DNA of 64,000 nt from Eledone cirrhosa (GCA_964016885.1 OZ024741.1:317130001-317194000); one strand, 5' to 3'; counted from the first letter of the stretch, positions 49,804-64,000 are shown. Made by a program: numbers and translations. The notes: generated from the letters alone by a model not told the origin.

Positions 49804-52800
49804 TGAAGGAAGCTATAGCCACAGACCCATGGCTAGAGTTTCGAGTGGTTCACTCACAATGGTGCTGAAGGAAGCTATAGCCACAGACCCATGGCTCGAG
49901 TTTCGAGTGGTTCACTCACAATGGTGCTGAAGGAAGCTATAGTCACAGACCCATGGTTAGAGCTTTCGAGTGCTTCACTCACAACGGTGCTGAAGGAAGC
50001 TATAGCCACTGACCCATGGTTAGAGCTTCCGAGTGCTTCACTCACAACGGAAGGAAGCTATAGCCACTGACCCATGGCTAGAGTTTCCGAGTGGTTCACT
50101 CACAACGGAAGGAAGCTATAGCCACTGACCCATGGTTAGAGCTTCCGAGTGCTTCACTCACAACGGAAGGAAGCTATAGCCACAGACCCATGGTTAGAGC
50201 TTCCGAGTGCTTCACTCACAACGGAAGGAAGCTATAGCCACAGACCCATGGCTAGAGCTTCCGAGTGCTTCACTCACAACGGAAGGAAGCTATAGCCACA
50301 GACCCATGGTTAGAGCTTCCGAGTGCTTCACTCACAACGGTGCTGAAGGAGGCTATAGCCACAGACCCATGGCTAGAGCTTCCGAGTGCTTCACTCACAA
50401 CGGAAGGAAGCTATAGCCACAGACCCATGGCTAGAGCTTCCGAGTGCTTCACTCACAACGGAAGGAAGCTATAGCCACAGACCCATGGTTAGAGCTTCCG
50501 AGTGCTTCACTCACAACGGAAGGAAGCTATAGCCACAGACCCATGGCTAGAGCTTCCGAGTGCTTCACTCACAACGGAAGGAAGCTATAGCCACAGACCC
50601 ATGGCTAGAGCTTCCGAGTGCTTCACTCACAACGGAAGGAAGCTATAGCCACAGACCCATGGCTAGAGCCTCCGAGTGCTTCACTCACAACGGAAGGAAG
50701 CTATAGCCACAGACCCATGGCTAGAGCTTCCGAGTGCTTCACTCACAACGGAAGGAAGCTATAGCCACAGACCCATGGCTAGAGCCTCCGAGTGCTTCAC
50801 TCACAACGGAAGGAAGCTATAGCCACAGACCCATGGCTAGAGCTTCCGAGTGCTTCACTCACAACGGTGCTGAAGGAAGCTATAGCCACAGACCCATGGC
50901 TAGAGCCTCCGAGTGCATCACTCACAACGGTGCTGAAGGAAGCTATAGCCACAGACCCATGGCTAGAGCTTCCGAGTGCTTCACTCACAACGGAAGGAAG
51001 CTATAGCCACAGACCCATGGCTAGAGCTTCCGAGTGCTTCACTCACAACGGAAGGAAGCTATAGCCACAGACCCATGGCTAGAGCTTCCGAGTGCTTCAC
51101 TCACAACGGAAGGAAGCTATAGCCACAGACCCATGGCTAGAGCTTCCGAGTGCTTCACTCACAACGGAAGGAGGCTATAGCCACAGACCCATGGCTAGAG
51201 CTTCCGAGTGCTTCACTCACAACGGAAGGAAGCTATAGCCACAGACCCATGGCTAGAGCTTCCGAGTGCTTCACTCACAACGGTGCTGAAGGAAGCTATA
51301 GCCACAGACCCATGGTTAGAGCTTCCGAGTGCTTCACTCACAACGGTGCTGAAGGAAGCTATAGCCACTGACCCATGGCTAGAGCTTCCGAGTGCTTCAC
51401 TCACAACGGTGCTGAAGGAAGCTATAGCCACAGACCCATGGCTAGAGCTTCCGAGTGCTTCACTCACAACGGAAGGAGGCTATAGCCACAGACCCATGGC
51501 TAGAGCTTCCGAGTGCTTCACTCACAACGGAAGGAAGCTATAGCCACAGACCCATGGCTAGAGTTTCCGAGTGCTTCACTCACAACGGAAGGAAGCTATA
51601 GCCACAGACCCATGGCTAGAGCTTCCGAGTGCTTCACTCACAACGGAAGGAGGCTATAGCCACAGACCCATGGCTAGAGTTTCCGAGTGCTTCACTCACA
51701 ACGGAAGGAAGCTATAGCCACAGACCCATGGCTAGAGCTTCCGAGTGCTTCACTCACAACGGAAGGAGGCTATAGCCACAGACCCATGGCTAGAGTTTCC
51801 GAGTGCTTCACTCACAACGGAAGGAAGCTATAGCCACAGACCCATGGCTAGAGCTTCCGAGTGCTTCACTCACAACGGAAGGAAGCTATAGCCACAGACC
51901 CATGGCTAGAGCTTCCGAGTGCTTCACTCACAACGGAAGGAAGCTATAGCCACAGACCCATGGCTAGAGTTTCCGAGTGCTTCACTCACAACAGAAGGAA
52001 GCTATAGCCACAGACCCATGGCTAGAGTTTCCGAGTGCTTCACTCACAACGGAAGGAAGCTATAGCCACAGACCCATGGCTAGAGTTTCCGAGTGCTTCA
52101 CTCACAACGGAAGGAAGCTATAGCCACAGACCCATGGCTAGAGTTTCCGAGTGCTTCACTCACAACGGAAGGAAGCTATAGCCACAGACCCATGGCTAGA
52201 GCTTCCGAGTGCTTCACTCACAACGGAAGGAGGCTATAGCCACAGACCCATGGCTAGAGTTTCCGAGTGCTTCACTCACAACGGAAGGAAGCTATAGCCA
52301 CAGACCCATGGCTAGAGCTTCCGAGTGCTTCACTCACAACGGAAGGAAGCTATAGCCACAGACCCATGGCTAGAGCTTCCGAGTGCTTCACTCACAACAG
52401 AAGGAAGCTATAGCCACAGACCCATGGCTAGAGCTTCCGAGTGCTTCACTCACAACGGAAGGAAGCTATAGCCACAGACCCATGGCTAGAGCTTCCGAGT
52501 GCTTCACTCACAACGGTGCTGAAGGAAGCTATAGCCACAGACCCATGGCTAGAGTTTCCGAGTGCTTCACTCACAACGGAAGGAAGCTATAGCCACAGAC
52601 CCATGGCTAGAGCTTCCGAGTGCTTCACTCACAACAGAAGGAAGCTATAGCCACAGACCCATGACTAGAGCTTCCGAGTGCTTCACTCACAACGGAAGGA
52701 AGCTATAGCCACAGACCCATGGCTAGAGTTTCCGAGTGCTTCACTCACAACGGAAGGAAGCTATAGCCACAGACCCATGGCTAGAGTTTCCGAGTGCTTC

Positions 52801-54723
52801 ACTCACAACGGAAGGAAGCTATAGCCACAGACCCATGGCTAGAGCTTCCGAGTGCTTCACTCACAACGGAAGGAGGCTATAGCCACAGACCCATGGCTAG
52901 AGTTTCCGAGTGCTTCACTCACAACGGAAGGAAGCTATAGCCACAGACCCATGGCTAGAGCTTCCGAGTGCTTCACTCACAACGGAAGGAAGCTATAGCC
53001 ACAGACCCATGGCTAGAGCTTCCGAGTGCTTCACTCACAACAGAAGGAAGCTATAGCCACAGACCCATGGCTAGAGCTTCCGAGTGCTTCACTCACAACG
53101 GAAGGAAGCTATAGCCACAGACCCATGGCTAGAGCTTCCGAGTGCTTCACTCACAACGGTGCTGAAGGAAGCTATAGCCACAGACCCATGGCTAGAGTTT
53201 CCGAGTGCTTCACTCACAACGGAAGGAAGCTATAGCCACAGACCCATGGCTAGAGCTTCCGAGTGCTTCACTCACAACAGAAGGAAGCTATAGCCACAGA
53301 CCCATGACTAGAGCTTCCGAGTGCTTCACTCACAACGGAAGGAAGCTATAGCCACAGACCCATGGCTAGAGCTTCCGAGTGCTTCACTCACAACGGAAGG
53401 AAGCTATAGCCACAGACCCATGGCTAGAGTTTCCGAGTGCTTCACTCACAACGGAAGGAAGCTATAGCCACAGACCCATGGCTAGAGCTTCCGAGTGCTT
53501 CACTCACAACGGTGCTGAAGGAAGCTATAGCCACAGACCCATGGCTAGAGCTTCCGAGTGCTTCACTCACAACGGAAGGAAGCTATAGCCACAGACCCAT
53601 GGCTAGAGCTTCCGAGTGCTTCACTCACAACGGAAGCAAGCTATAGCCACAGACCCATGGCTAGAGCTTCCGAGTGCTTCACTCACAACGGAAGGAGGCT
53701 ATAGCCACTGACCCATGGCTAGAGCTTCCGAGTGCTTCACTCACAACGGTGCTGAAGGAAGCTATAGCCACAGACCCATGGCTAGAGTTTCCGAGTGCTT
53801 CACTCACAACGGAAGGAAGCTATAGCCACAGACCCATGGCTAGAGCTTCCGAGTGCTTCACTCACAACGGAAGGAAGCTATAGCCACAGACCCATGGCTA
53901 GAGCTTCCGAGTGCTTCACTCACAACGGAAGGAAGCTATAGCCACAGACCCATGGCTAGAGCTTCCGAGTGCTTCACTCACAACGGAAGGAAGCTATAGC
54001 CACAGACCCATGGCTAGAGCTTCCGAGTGCTTCACTCACAACGGAAGCAAGCTATAGCCACAGACCCATGGCTAGAGCTTCCGAGTGCTTCACTCACAAC
54101 GGAAGGAGGCTATAGCCACTGACCCATGGCTAGAGCTTCCGAGTGCTTCACTCACAACGGAAGGAAGCTATAGCCACAGACCCATGGCTAGAGCTTCCGA
54201 GTGCTTCACTCACAACGGAAGGAAGCTATAGCCACAGACCCATGGCTAGAGCTTCCGAGTGCTTCACTCACAACGGAAGGAAGCTATAGCCACAGACCCA
54301 TGGCTAGAGTTTCCGAGTGCTTCACTCACAACGGAAGGAAGCTATAGCCACTGACCCATGGTTAGAGCTTCCGAGTGCTTCACTCACAACGGAAGGAAGC
54401 TATAGCCACAGACCCATGGCTAGAGTTTCCGAGTGCTTCACTCACAACGGAAGGAAGCTATAGCCACAGACCCATGGCTAGAGTTTCCGAGTGCTTCACT
54501 CACAACGGAAGGAAGCTATAGCCACAGACCCATGGCTAGAGTTTCCGAGTGCTTCACTCACAACGGAAGGAAGCTATAGCCACTGACCCATGGTTAGAGC
54601 TTCCGAGTGCTTCACTCACAACGGAAGGAAGCTATAGCCACAGACCCATGGCTAGAGTTTCCGAGTGCTTCACTCACAACGGAAGGAAGCTATAGCCACT
54701 GACCCATGGCTAGAGCTTCCGAG
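49804..54723. repeat. Tandem satellite, ~84 units of 58 bp (variant 63 bp)
   Basis: Unit ggaaggaagctatagccacagacccatggctagagcttccgagtgcttcactcacaac. The 63-bp form has 5 extra bases (ggtgctgaagg). Confidence 0.98.
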
Positions 54724-55249
54724 GCGAGCTGTGCTTCTTCTACAGTCTACCTTCTTCTACTTGTCAAAACCAGTAACAAAAAAAAAAAATCCTTTTTTTT
54801 ACTTAGTGCTGCTTGAAATCAGGACTATCTTTACCAACTAAAGTTAGCAGTTATTCACTTATTGGTTGCACCACTAATCCACCGAGACTGTTCGCAGATC
54901 AAAACATTTTTTAAAGTTATATTGCTAATATTAACCTTTTGAATCTTTATAGTCTTACCTACTTTACACTTACGTATTTATTTGCTGAAGTTTTTTACAT
55001 CTTTCGATACTGTGTTCTGTTATTCTATCAATTATTAAAGGCTCCAATTTACATTTATTTAATGTTAGAAGTCATCTTCGACCTGGCAATAAATTAGTAT
55101 TTTGTTATGTATAATAACATTTCAAGACTGGAGATTCTCTTTTTTAGTTATAGTAAATACATTTACATCAATAGCGACACCTAGTGGTGCTACCGTCAAG
55201 GAAAGACAAAATGAAAGGGTCGATAGTGTAAATTTACACACACATGTAC

Positions 55250-56038
<789 letters not shown>

Positions 56039-56042
56039 ATAT

Positions 56043-56088
<46 letters not shown>

Positions 56089-56105
56089 TAAAATAACAGA
56101 TTAAA

Positions 56106-56154
56106 GTTTAAGCAAAGAATCGCTGCTTTCACCCTTAACGGGATCTTCTGAAAC
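56106..56154 (-). ncRNA. Degenerate type I hammerhead
   Basis: Sense gttt-CAGAAGA-t-ccc/ggg-t-GAAA-gca..tgc-TT-aaac. A related remnant lies at 42875-42915. Confidence 0.5.
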
Positions 56155-56262
56155 TAACAAAGTCAATCTGTAGACGCAGAAGTGGATATTTCAAAAAACG
56201 TTGCAACCGGAGGAAGACAGGAAGACTTTGGTTCGTAATTGTTTTTCACCGCTCCTATTAAT

Positions 56263-56347
<85 letters not shown>

Positions 56348-56357
56348 CATATTATAT

Positions 56358-56812
56358 AGTTATACTTGGGGAGGGTGATATTTGTGTAATAGTATTGCCA
56401 GAATTAATAACAGAACACACTCACTGTTTGGTTGGTTTTCGCTTCTGTTTCTTTTATATCGGTTAATTTAATTTATTCGGTCCTCAATGTTACCATTGAC
56501 TGACCAACGGTCAAAAATACAGATACAATATAGACACAAACACATATATACAACGGGAGGAAACATAATAGCACCACTGACGATGTTGCAGATGTGCAAC
56601 GAAAGAACTTTTTTAGACTATATATATGTGTTTGTGTCTATATTGTATCTGTATTTTTGACCGTTGGTCAGTCAATGGTAACATTGAGGACCGAATAAAT
56701 TAAATTAACCGATATAAAAGAAACAGAAGCGAAAACCAACCAAACAGTGAGTGTGTTCTGTTATTAATTCTGGCAATACTATTACACCAATATGACCCTC
56801 CCCAAGTATAAC
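56358..56812 (+). mobile_element. Penelope pLTR fold-back (~195-bp inverted arms) with a hammerhead in the spacer
   Basis: 56358-56550 is the reverse complement of ~56619-56812. CTGACGA at 56577, stem II gttgca/tgcaac, GAAA at 56601. Same family as 37136-38142. Confidence 0.85.
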
Positions 56813-56834
56813 AATATATATATATATATATATA

Positions 56835-57467
56835 TAACCCATTTGCAACTCCGCAGCGCCCTTATTATCATATTTACACATATTTTTTCCTCTGCTGCTA
56901 CACCGTCTTTTTCGTTCTATGTATCTTTACCCTTTCTAGCAGTCTCTCTCTCTCTGTTAGCCTCTTCCTCACCTCACCCTTCACTCACTCATTCTCTGTC
57001 ACTACCTCTCCTCCTCCTCCTCTTTCTTCCCGTTTGACCGGCCAAGCTGGTCGGAATTTTTTCTCTCGCGTCTACGATTTCACAGAACTTATGTTTACCG
57101 AATTCGCAGACCAGACCCCTTCTTCCTCCCGTTAGACCTGTGCGAAATTCCTTTCTTGCTCACATTTCAACCAGGTTTGATGGTCTTTATTCTCTCGTTC
57201 ACGATTTCACCGAACTTAAATTCATAGAAATCTGGGACTTGTTTCCTCCTTCCTCACTTTCTGTTGCCTCCCCATTTTGTTTGTTTACCCTCGCGTCCCC
57301 TTTATTTACGTGTCCCAACGACTTTTTTTAGCCGTTGCTCGCACCAACCGGAGGTATATGATCTTTAAAGCGATGAAATACCTATGATAGTTGGAAGATC
57401 ACTGATGAAGGACAAACTTTTTTCATATGTAACCCTTTTGCAACTCCGCAGCGCCCTTATTATCATA
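56835..57467 (+). mobile_element. Diverged copy of the ~510-nt retrozyme-like element, circularly permuted with a ~38-bp terminal direct repeat
   Basis: taaccc(a/t)tttgcaactccgcagcgcccttattatcatat occurs at both ends. Homologous to 30698-31332, in (TA)n. Confidence 0.8.
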
Positions 57468-58000
57468 TATATATATATATGTATATATATATATGTATGT
57501 ATGTATGTATATATTGGACATCCTGCAGGACTAAAAACAAAACCTGTCAAAGGGCAAAGGAGCTCTTAAGAGTCAATGGCCATCTAAAATCACCGGGAGA
57601 GATGACCCCTTAGCCTTTGTCAAGGCAGAATTCTAGGAGAAGGAAAACTCTGATATAACACCTGCAACTCTGATGGTATCCAATGATGTTGACTTGTTCT
57701 TCTTTTTGGTAAATATCATCTTGGTTAAGAGAGTGGGACTGGCTTTGTGCAGTGCATTTGCTCACTATAAAAGCTTCACGGCACAGGCATTGCTTTATAT
57801 CTGGAGATCTCTCTGCACTTGTCATCACATGGTACCATGGGCCCAGCACTATGTGTCAGTAATTGTCACAAGTGTAGTGTTTGTACCAGAGTTTTCAAGT
57901 CGCTGGCTGGACTAAAAAATCACATTCGTTCAGCGCATCAGTAGGGGATATAAAGTAGTGGCCGTACTCGAAAACGAGTTGGCAGCTACCATATATATAC

Positions 58001-58131
<131 letters not shown>

Positions 58132-58300
58132 CATATATATACACTCGATCTCATGTAAAAATCTACCGTAGTATGCTTAATTGTATTTGTTTTGTTATTT
58201 TTTCTAAATTTGTTATTCTTTCTCTAGGACTTCTGATATTTCCTTCGAAAGCACGTTTTATGTATTGGCCCCTAAAGTACTACCTTGACAGTTCGCCACA

Positions 58301-58362
<62 letters not shown>

Positions 58363-58745
58363 TATATATATATATATATATATTACTTGGAGACTAGAGC
58401 CGAATTCTACCATTCTGCATTGTAAAGCGATTCGAGACAGACTTTCTCTAATAACTGATTTGTTCACTCACTCGTTAATTTGTGTTTGACTTGAGATATG
58501 TTGGGGTGTCCTTATGAAGGGGCCGAAGAATGGAATCTCGACTCCTACCATCACGTAAATTTCTGAAACCACTAGCCAATCGTTTGACAGTATTTTGATG
58601 ACGCGTGGGGATTTAAGTTACTAATGTACTACTGTGTCGCCTGTCGCATTTACTGTCACAGGCGGCACGGACTGGAATCGAATTCTATCGTTCGATTGGT
58701 TATTGATTAGGCAAGACCCACTGATAAAGTCACATGCGCCGATTT

Positions 58746-58932
58746 GTGGATTGGCTGTATCGGTAGAGGGTCGGCCGCCATGCTTTCCAGCATAGTTACG
58801 TCCCTTTACGATCTGAGTTCAAATCCCGCCGAGGTTGACTTTGCCTTTCATCCTTACGAGGTCGATAAAATAAAGTACCAGTAATGCACTGGTTAATTGC
58901 TGGCCTTGTGCCTAAAGTAGAAACAATTATTA
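58746..58932 (+). mobile_element. tRNA-derived SINE (family 1)
   Basis: Near-identical to 44212-44404. Confidence 0.88.
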
Positions 58933-59153
58933 CATAATAAATGCAGAAAACGGATTCTGTACGCTCTCTTGCTGCATTACGTGTGACCGAAACTCAAGTA
59001 CGGGTGTAGATTTATGGTACCCATTTATGTGTGTTGTATTGAAGCAAATAACTTTATTTCTAATCTGGGATTTATGCATAACCTTACCTATTGAGTACGC
59101 TGAGATGCAACTGGTACTAGCAGGGAAACCTTATGCTAGTCCCGTCAAATTCG

Positions 59154-59231
<78 letters not shown>

Positions 59232-60567
59232 TATATATATATATATGTATATATATATGTGTGTGTGTGTGTGTGGTTGCGTGTGTGTGTGTGTACGTGT
59301 GGGTGTGTGTGCCTCTGTTTGTATACATTTCTACACGCGTTTGTCTGTGAAAGCACATCATTTATGCTCTAGACAACCTACCTCGAAAAAATGAGTTTAC
59401 CTGTAATTCAATGAGGGTACTTTGTCACACACTCTCTCAGGCTGAACGTATCGACGATCTGCGTTAAAGGTACACGTATCTGTGGAATATTTAGCCATTT
59501 GCACATTAATTTCTCTAAAAGGTAGGTTTGTTATTCGAATGACTGGAACACTCATGTTCACAACCGACGGAGAGCCCACTAAACTCAGATATTTCCTTAC
59601 TTGGTGCGTGGATGTATTTAGCTTATGTATGAGTGGGTGTGCATATGTCATGCTCAACGACACATCGCGACGTCTAGTGTTCAACCGACCATCTTACGGT
59701 CGTTAAGCAGGCCTTATATCCACTAAGTCAGGCTCTCACACATCATTGCAATATGTATGAATGGACACACATATATACGGCATAAAATACATGCACACAC
59801 ACATTTATAAACACACACGCACCCCTACATATTCAAAATACATGCGCACACATCCGCGACTAAAACATACACACATACACATACACGTGTGTGTACAAGT
59901 TACATGCACCACGCAAAAATTAAAAGACATACACGCACACCTACATATTCACAACACACACACACACACATATATATATATACAAACCCTCAAATAAACA
60001 AGCTATATGTATGCTCCGCCTCACACACATACATGATACCTGCACACATACACACGTCCACACACACATTTACAACATATACATAAGCACAATCACAGTT
60101 CACAAGTATACACACATATATGCAAGACACACAGCCACACGTGCCACAAATATACGTATACACACTAACAGCCATATATACATCTCACAAGTATGCATAG
60201 AAATAAAAAGAAATTTCTGAAACACCCATGTATGTATGTATGTATGTATGTATGTATGTATGTATGTATGTATGTATGTATGAATGTATATATGTATGTA
60301 TGAATGTATTGCATGTATATATGTATGAATGTAATCGTGCATGTATGTATGTCCGTATGTATGTATGTATGTATGTATGTATGTATGTATGCATGCATAT
60401 ATGTATGCGTGTATGTATGTATGTATGTATATTCATGTATGTATGCATGTATTTATGTATGCATGTATGTACATACGTATATATATACATATGTGTGTGT
60501 ATGTGTATGTCTGTGTGTATGTGTGTGTGTGTGTATTTGTATATTCATATATATATATAAATATATC

Positions 60568-60640
<73 letters not shown>

Positions 60641-61110
60641 TATACATATATACTATGTATACATACAAACCTACATACATACATGCATATATGTGCGAGT
60701 GTATGTTTGTTTAATAATAAAAACATGATCTCTTACAAAATATATTATATGCCTTTAATCCTGTAATCCGGTTTTCATGCTTGTTTCTTCCTGAATTTTC
60801 ATTCTTTGTAATTTTCTTGCTTCTCTTGAAGGATTCTTACATTCCCAGAATGGAAATTACGAAAACTAGCGGTCTATTTTTTTTTTGTACAAGTCTTATT
60901 ATTATATATATATATATATATATATTCATATATGTATAGAGAGAGAGGGGGAAGAGATAGTGAGAGAGAGTGTAAGAAAGCAATAGAGAGGGAGAGAGAA
61001 ACTATATTCCTAGGTTCCTATGGGTATATTGTTCTTTCATCTGTAGAAATACATCTGTTGCATTCTTTAAAATACACTATCTAACTCCCCCAACCTCTAC
61101 ATACATACAT

Positions 61111-61434
61111 GGTGGCTGCCAACTCGTTTTCGAGTACGGCCACTACCTTATATCCATGTAGGAGAACCCCTACCGATGCGCTGAACGAGTGTGACTTTTT
61201 AGTCCAGCCAGCGACTTGAAAACTCTGGTACAAACACTACACTTGTGACAATTACTGACACATAGTGCTGGACCCATGGTACCATGTGACGACAAGGCAT
61301 CGTGTGAGATCACTACTCGACCTGCATACCCTTCCACAAACATTACATGTCGTCGTCTGATGAACACTTATAGCTCCACAGGTGCCTGCTTCCCTGTTCT
61401 TGTGCACTCTCAGGTGACTCTTTAGACCTGCCAT
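61111..61434 (-). mobile_element. RTE 3' end encoding tandem C2H2-like fingers, within (CATA)n
   Basis: [26 protein letters not shown] and [22 protein letters not shown], then a stop and the 3' tail shared with the bipartite elements. Confidence 0.7.
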
Positions 61435-61539
61435 CATACATACATACATACATACATACATACATACATACATACATACATACATACATACATACATACA
61501 TACATACATACATACTTGACTTTACCCTAGCCCTAGCTT

Positions 61540-62700
61540 CAGGAAAAGCAAACGTCAGCTTCTATGAGAAAGAAGCCAAGAGAGATGTCTTCTTCCACAC
61601 AGACACAGCATGTCCACAAAGCTTTAAACACCACATGGCCAGGAACGAACTTATACACCGTACAGACAGATGTGATGAGGCCATCCTAGCAAGATTCGTG
61701 GTAAACAACTTCCAGAGACTGCTATTAAAGAGAGGCTATGAACAACGCTTTGTAAGAAACGTTGTTGAGAGTACACAAACACACAATCACAGACACCACA
61801 CTCCAACACCAACCACAACCCTCAGTCCTAATAGCAACCACAACCACTCGCAGACCAAAGACACAACACTAACAAGGAGAAAAAAAAAGAGAGAAAGAAA
61901 CGGGAGAACAAATATAAAACCTGGGTCTACATTGATCTGCCATACCAAGGAGAACAGAAAGAAAATCACCTGAAAAACTATATCCGAATATCAGGCCTCC
62001 CAGTGCTAGTTAGAAGGCGTGGTAGGACGTTGAGACAACACCTCGCGTAGAGCATCGAAGAACCCCTGATGCCCTGTCAGAGAATACACTGCCACAGGTA
62101 TTAACAACAACAATACAAAGCCAATATGTCTGAGCGATCATATAGTGTAGGAGTTGAACTGCACATGCAGATCCAACTATATCGTTTCCACGAAACACCA
62201 ACTGCATCACAGAATTTCAAGAACAGTTTCAAAGAGCGACCCCTCCGAGCGCTGTGTTTCTACACAGAGAAATATGTGGAATGAGCATAACCACAAAAAT
62301 ATTTGCGGAGCAAAGAGATACGGTAGATCTACGAATAGTGAAGTCACATTTTATTAGTAAGCAGGAGCCTACCCTAAACCATCAGAGTGACTTAGACACA
62401 TGAAAACACCTATACACATACCCAAATGGGTAATAGACTTCCCAAGCCAGGAATAATCTAATCTGATGAAGGATTATAATCCGAAAGCGCTCACTATCAA
62501 GTGACCCATACTAACCCAGCAACAAGGCTTGTAACTATACTGACACTAATCTTAATCCTAATTCTAACTCTAATCCTAACTCAAATTTTAATTCTAACAT
62601 CAACCCTCACAAACTCACCTTTCTACACCTCTACCTTCACCCAAACGAACAATAAAACAAAACCTATACCATTTTAAACAAGTTTTATCTCGTTTATTGT
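61540..62700 (+). mobile_element. Degraded Penelope-like element 3' part with pLTR hammerhead
   Basis: Relic RT C-terminus and GIY-YIG (LLKRGYEQRFV..; TKHQLHHRI; HFISKQEPTLN). CTGATGA (62463), ggat/atcc, GAAA, gcgc, TC. Confidence 0.65.
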
Positions 62701-62796
62701 ATTGTATTATATTCTAGCTTTTCCTTCTCAGCTCCCTACAGCTTACTCTACTTACCTTGCTCTGAACCGCACGCACTACAAAAAAACTACACAACC

Positions 62797-62832
<36 letters not shown>

Positions 62833-62842
62833 AATATATGTA

Positions 62843-62937
<95 letters not shown>

Positions 62938-63022
62938 ATGTATGTGTGTGTGTGTACGCACATACATATATCCACATAAAATATAAAATTCAATATATAT
63001 CTATTTGCATATGCATCTAATG

Positions 63023-63068
<46 letters not shown>

Positions 63069-63189
63069 ATAAGAAATAAAGAAGTGGTAACGATTGCATA
63101 TATAGATTTGCTTCTAGACCATTAAGTATATCGACTAAATGCCTGCATTATATGAATGTTGCTGTATGTACAAGTAAAAAGGTGATCTA

Positions 63190-64000
63190 CTAGACTGTGG
63201 CTCGTATAGAGCAATTCAGCTATTGGGACATGGAACGAAGGTATTTGAAGGAGTATTAGAGAAGATCATAAGGAAAAAAGTGAAGATTGATGAAATGTAG
63301 TTTGGATTTTTGCTGAGAAAAGGAATGGCTGATGTAATGGGTTTTTTTTAATTGTGAAACGATTACAGGAGAAGTACAGGAACAAGAGGAAGAATTTATT
63401 TTTATATTTTGTTGATCTGGAGAAAGATTTCTGCAGAATTCCACGTGAAGTAGTGACATGGGTATTGAGAGAATTCGGAATGGAGGAATTATTGGTTAAA
63501 TTAATGATGAAAATGTATGAGAAACAGCGTACGGTCGTAAAGAAGGACGGAAAAAGTAACACGTTTGAAGTGAAGGTTGGAGTTCGTTAGGGTTCAGTAT
63601 TAAGTTCATGTCTATTTCTAGTTGTAATGGGGGTACTGGACCGAAGTGTAAAATAGGTTTACCATGGGTGTTATACGCAGACGTGGAAAAGATTATGAAG
63701 GTGAATATTGGAAAAACGAAGGTGATTGCAAGTGGTAAAGCATTTAGTGAACTGGAGAGTACAGGAAGGGTGTACGATATATACTGGATGGGTGCATCGA
63801 AAATGTAGCGGTGTGGAAAGATTATTAAATAATGTGGCAGCTACATTTAAATGTGAAGTGCGTGAGGGAGAGAATTGCTGGCGAGGGGGTGTTGAACTGA
63901 ATATTGTGAATGGCGTGAAGATGGTAGGTGTGAGAATATTTGATTACTTTGGAGACCTGTTGGATGGAGAAGGCAGATCAGACACCGTGACAATACCTGG
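63190..64000 (+). mobile_element. RTE LINE reverse transcriptase relic, running off the window
   Basis: QEKY..FVDLEKDF.RIPREV.W..FEVKVGVR*GSVLS; LYAD; MKVNIGKTKV; FDYFGDLL. Confidence 0.82.

Noticed and set aside
49804-54723. CRISPR array, hammerhead array or coding repeat
   Set aside because: There are no unique spacers and no cas genes, and the context is eukaryotic. CTGAAGG..CGAG lacks the CUGANGA and GAAA cores. The ORFs are frame artefacts of 58/63-bp units.

Overview
This is repeat-saturated animal genomic DNA. The SINE families and microsatellite load suggest an octopus-like cephalopod (inference). No host protein-coding gene can be called with confidence. Bases 1-18,050 look like one (AAT)n microsatellite invaded repeatedly by non-LTR retrotransposons: three minus-strand L1/Tx1-clade elements, one R4/Dong-type RLE element and a SINE, each bounded by (AAT)n. 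The middle Tx1 (8528-14552) is full-length with intact ORF1 and ORF2. The rest holds Penelope-like elements (RT, GIY-YIG, inverted copies) with many minimal hammerhead ribozymes, RTE, CRE, R4 and Gypsy relics, SINEs, MITEs, a Chapaev-like element, mini- and microsatellites, and a ~4.9 kb 58/63-bp double-hairpin satellite. The most notable observations are: (1) a ~510-nt non-coding, tandem and circularly permuted element carrying a hammerhead whose three strands occur in a non-circularly permuted (pseudoknotted) order; (2) convergent (AAT)n targeting by an APE and an RLE retrotransposon, including an intact Tx1; (3) an ORF1/5'UTR swap between Tx1 copies with near-identical ORF2; (4) a family of short insertions folded back exactly at a hammerhead stem II; (5) a Tx1-type 3' end in a (TATC)n target; (6) a CRE/E-box-rich candidate host promoter. 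All calls were read by eye and no searches were run.
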